DNA of 7,825 nt, taken from assembly GCA_051530055.1 (NCBI GenBank), contig JBMGUZ010000092.1, positions 1-7,825 on the forward strand, written 5' to 3'. The DNA comes from Neoechinorhynchus agilis (taxonomy: Eukaryota; Animalia; Acanthocephala). How positions within the stretch are numbered: the first letter of the stretch is position 1; every line of letters starts with the position of its first letter. This document shows, piece after piece, positions 6,397-7,825 of this stretch. Below the pieces are notes generated by a model that was not told where the DNA came from, searched no databases, and saw only the letters and a program-made list of their open reading frames with translations. A program made the translations under genes and the position numbers.

Positions 6397-7024
6397 TCTT
6401 GGCAGTAGTCTGCTGCTCCAACTTAGCCTTAGCTTCTTGCCTTTTCCCAGCTCTCCATTGTCCATATCTCGCTCTTCGTTGAGCTCTAAAGACTTTAAAC
6501 GCTTTGAGTTCCTCAGTAAGTGCCATATCTTCAATTTGTGGACTCTCCTTTTTAAACATAAGCTTCTTATCTTTATTCTGAGTGGCCATCTTCATTTCTG
6601 CTTCACTTGCATCGTTTTTCCTTGGTTTCCCAACCTTCCTCGGGAACAATATTAATCGTGATTTGTACTCTTTAAGACGCTCAACATTTCGTTGAACGGA
6701 CTCTACACTTTTGTTCCTTCGGCGGCAATCAACAGCAATGCCAATTGAACGAGCGTACATCAAATTCAGTCCCAACAATTTTAACTCTTCTCGGCTAAAT
6801 CCACGACCAAGTCGAATCTTTCCGGTATATCTTCGAGTACAAGCGCTCACAAGAGGTCTTAAAGGTCCGGAAGCTGGTCTTGGAGCAAGCCGAGCCGCTT
6901 TAGCCCTTCTTTTTTGAGCCCGACGTTTCGCACGCATCGGCTGATTGAAATACGTACGGACATTCGATTTCCAATCCTTTTTGAAATGATTCTTTGGCAA
7001 CGAGTTATTGTGCTTTACAGCCAT
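6392..7024 (-). CDS. RPL13: 60S ribosomal protein L13 (eL13), 210 aa, intronless CDS
   Basis: NHFKKDW...VRTYFNQP...APRPASGPLRPLV...RLGRGFS..EL...ARSIGIAVDCRRRNKSVESVQRNVERLKEYKSRLILFPRK. Confidence 0.98.
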   Translation of the reverse strand: MAVKHNNSLPKNHFKKDWKSNVRTYFNQPMRAKRRAQKRRAKAARLAPRPASGPLRPLVSACTRRYTGKIRLGRGFSREELKLLGLNLMYARSIGIAVDCRRRNKSVESVQRNVERLKEYKSRLILFPRKVGKPRKNDASEAEMKMATQNKDKKLMFKKESPQIEDMALTEELKAFKVFRAQRRARYGQWRAGKRQEAKAKLEQQTTAKK

Positions 7025-7048
7025 CTTTAAAAAGAAAAGAAAAGCGGT
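7025..7048 (-). promoter_or_regulatory. Polypyrimidine tract and AG acceptor directly abutting the RPL13 ATG (5'UTR intron or outron)
   Basis: Minus strand GACCGCTTTTCTTTTCTTTTTAAAG|ATG. Confidence 0.6.
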
Positions 7049-7321
7049 CTACGAGCGATGGGGATAGAAAGACACGAAAGAAACGTTAACTGTATTCTAT
7101 TTCTCGATGTCTACACTTTTTGCACTCGTAGAAAATAGTCTGACCTTCGTCTGCACTTCTTGTTTGTTTCGTATAGAACGCCATCCGCTCACATCCACAA
7201 TTCGTACATTTGTGCTCGACCATACTGCCTTCGAAATTCTCCATCCTTAGCTCAAGATTGGCTTAATGTCCTTTTTTTGGTTGATTCAAGATCAAGATTT
7301 TGTAAAGTTTTCACTGGCAGA

Positions 7322-7825
7322 TTGGCTTTTAAGCGGTTTTTTCGGGAACACTGCCAATTTTAAGAAGTTTCCTTGTCCGGAAACTAAAACCAGTGTATCT
7401 CCTTTTTTATACAGAGAAAAATCGACTTTTAAACGGTTTCTTCAGGAACACTTTTAACCAATTTTAACAAGTTTCTTGCGACTAAATCCTTTTATGGAAA
7501 TGACTTTTAAACGGTTTTTCCGGCACACTTTTAACCAATTTTAACAAGTTTCCTTGCCCGGGGACTAGAAAAAGTGTATCTCCTTTTTTATACAGAGAAA
7601 AATCGACTTTTAAACGGTTTTTCCGGCACACTTTTAACCAATTTTAACAAGTTTCCTTGCCCGGGGACTAGAAAAAGTGTATCTCCTTTTTTATACAGAG
7701 AAAAATCGACTTTTAAACGGTTTTTTCCGACACACTTTTAACCAATTTTAACAAGTTTCCTTGCCCGGGAACTAGAACCAGCGTCTCTTTTTCTATACAG
7801 AGAAAAATCGACTTTTAAACGGTTT
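7322..7825. repeat. ~100-103-bp tandem satellite, about 5 units visible, running off the window end
   Basis: The GACTTTTAAACGG anchor occurs at 7424, 7502, 7605, 7708 and 7810, with a degenerate copy at ~7325. Units become more similar toward the right; one unit is a 78-bp partial. Confidence 0.95.

Noticed and set aside
416-7457. Remaining ORF-track entries (416-805-, 721-954+, 890-1123+, 2507-2779+, 3237-3521+, 3462-3668-, 4364-4732-, 4954-5148-, 5325-5582+, 5708-5926+, 5977-6159+, 6172-6534-, 6437-6655+, 6711-6917+, 7160-7363+, 7266-7457+)
   Set aside because: Antisense or alternative-frame shadows of real genes, or read-throughs of repeats and ncRNA; many have non-ATG starts and none shows a recognisable motif.

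Overview
Compact, AT-rich eukaryotic genomic DNA; the proteins look like divergent animal ones. Four housekeeping genes and one small gene sit head-to-tail on the minus strand: RPL13, a COX14-like micropeptide that overlaps archease, archease, RBM19/Mrd1 and ATP synthase subunit g. Two spacers are only ~60 bp and carry splice acceptors right before the ATG, which suggests an operon resolved by trans-splicing. Between archease and RBM19 lie an EXOC5/Sec10-like fragment, a 7-copy 172-bp tandem array that duplicates the RBM19 start codon, and a ~530-bp nested mobile-looking element. The main finding is inside that element. A tRNA-like Pol III head (A and B boxes) is followed by a complete hammerhead ribozyme core whose three strands occur in a non-circularly permuted order (5400-5467). 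All three stems cross, and the two linkers are complementary and could form a fourth helix. This cassette is bracketed by 52-bp inverted repeats, one interrupted by an A-tailed insert with a 7-bp duplication, and by 13-bp direct repeats. The window starts with a partly duplicated unknown membrane-protein ORF and ends in a ~103-bp satellite. All assignments come from reading the sequence and recalling family motifs; no searches were run.
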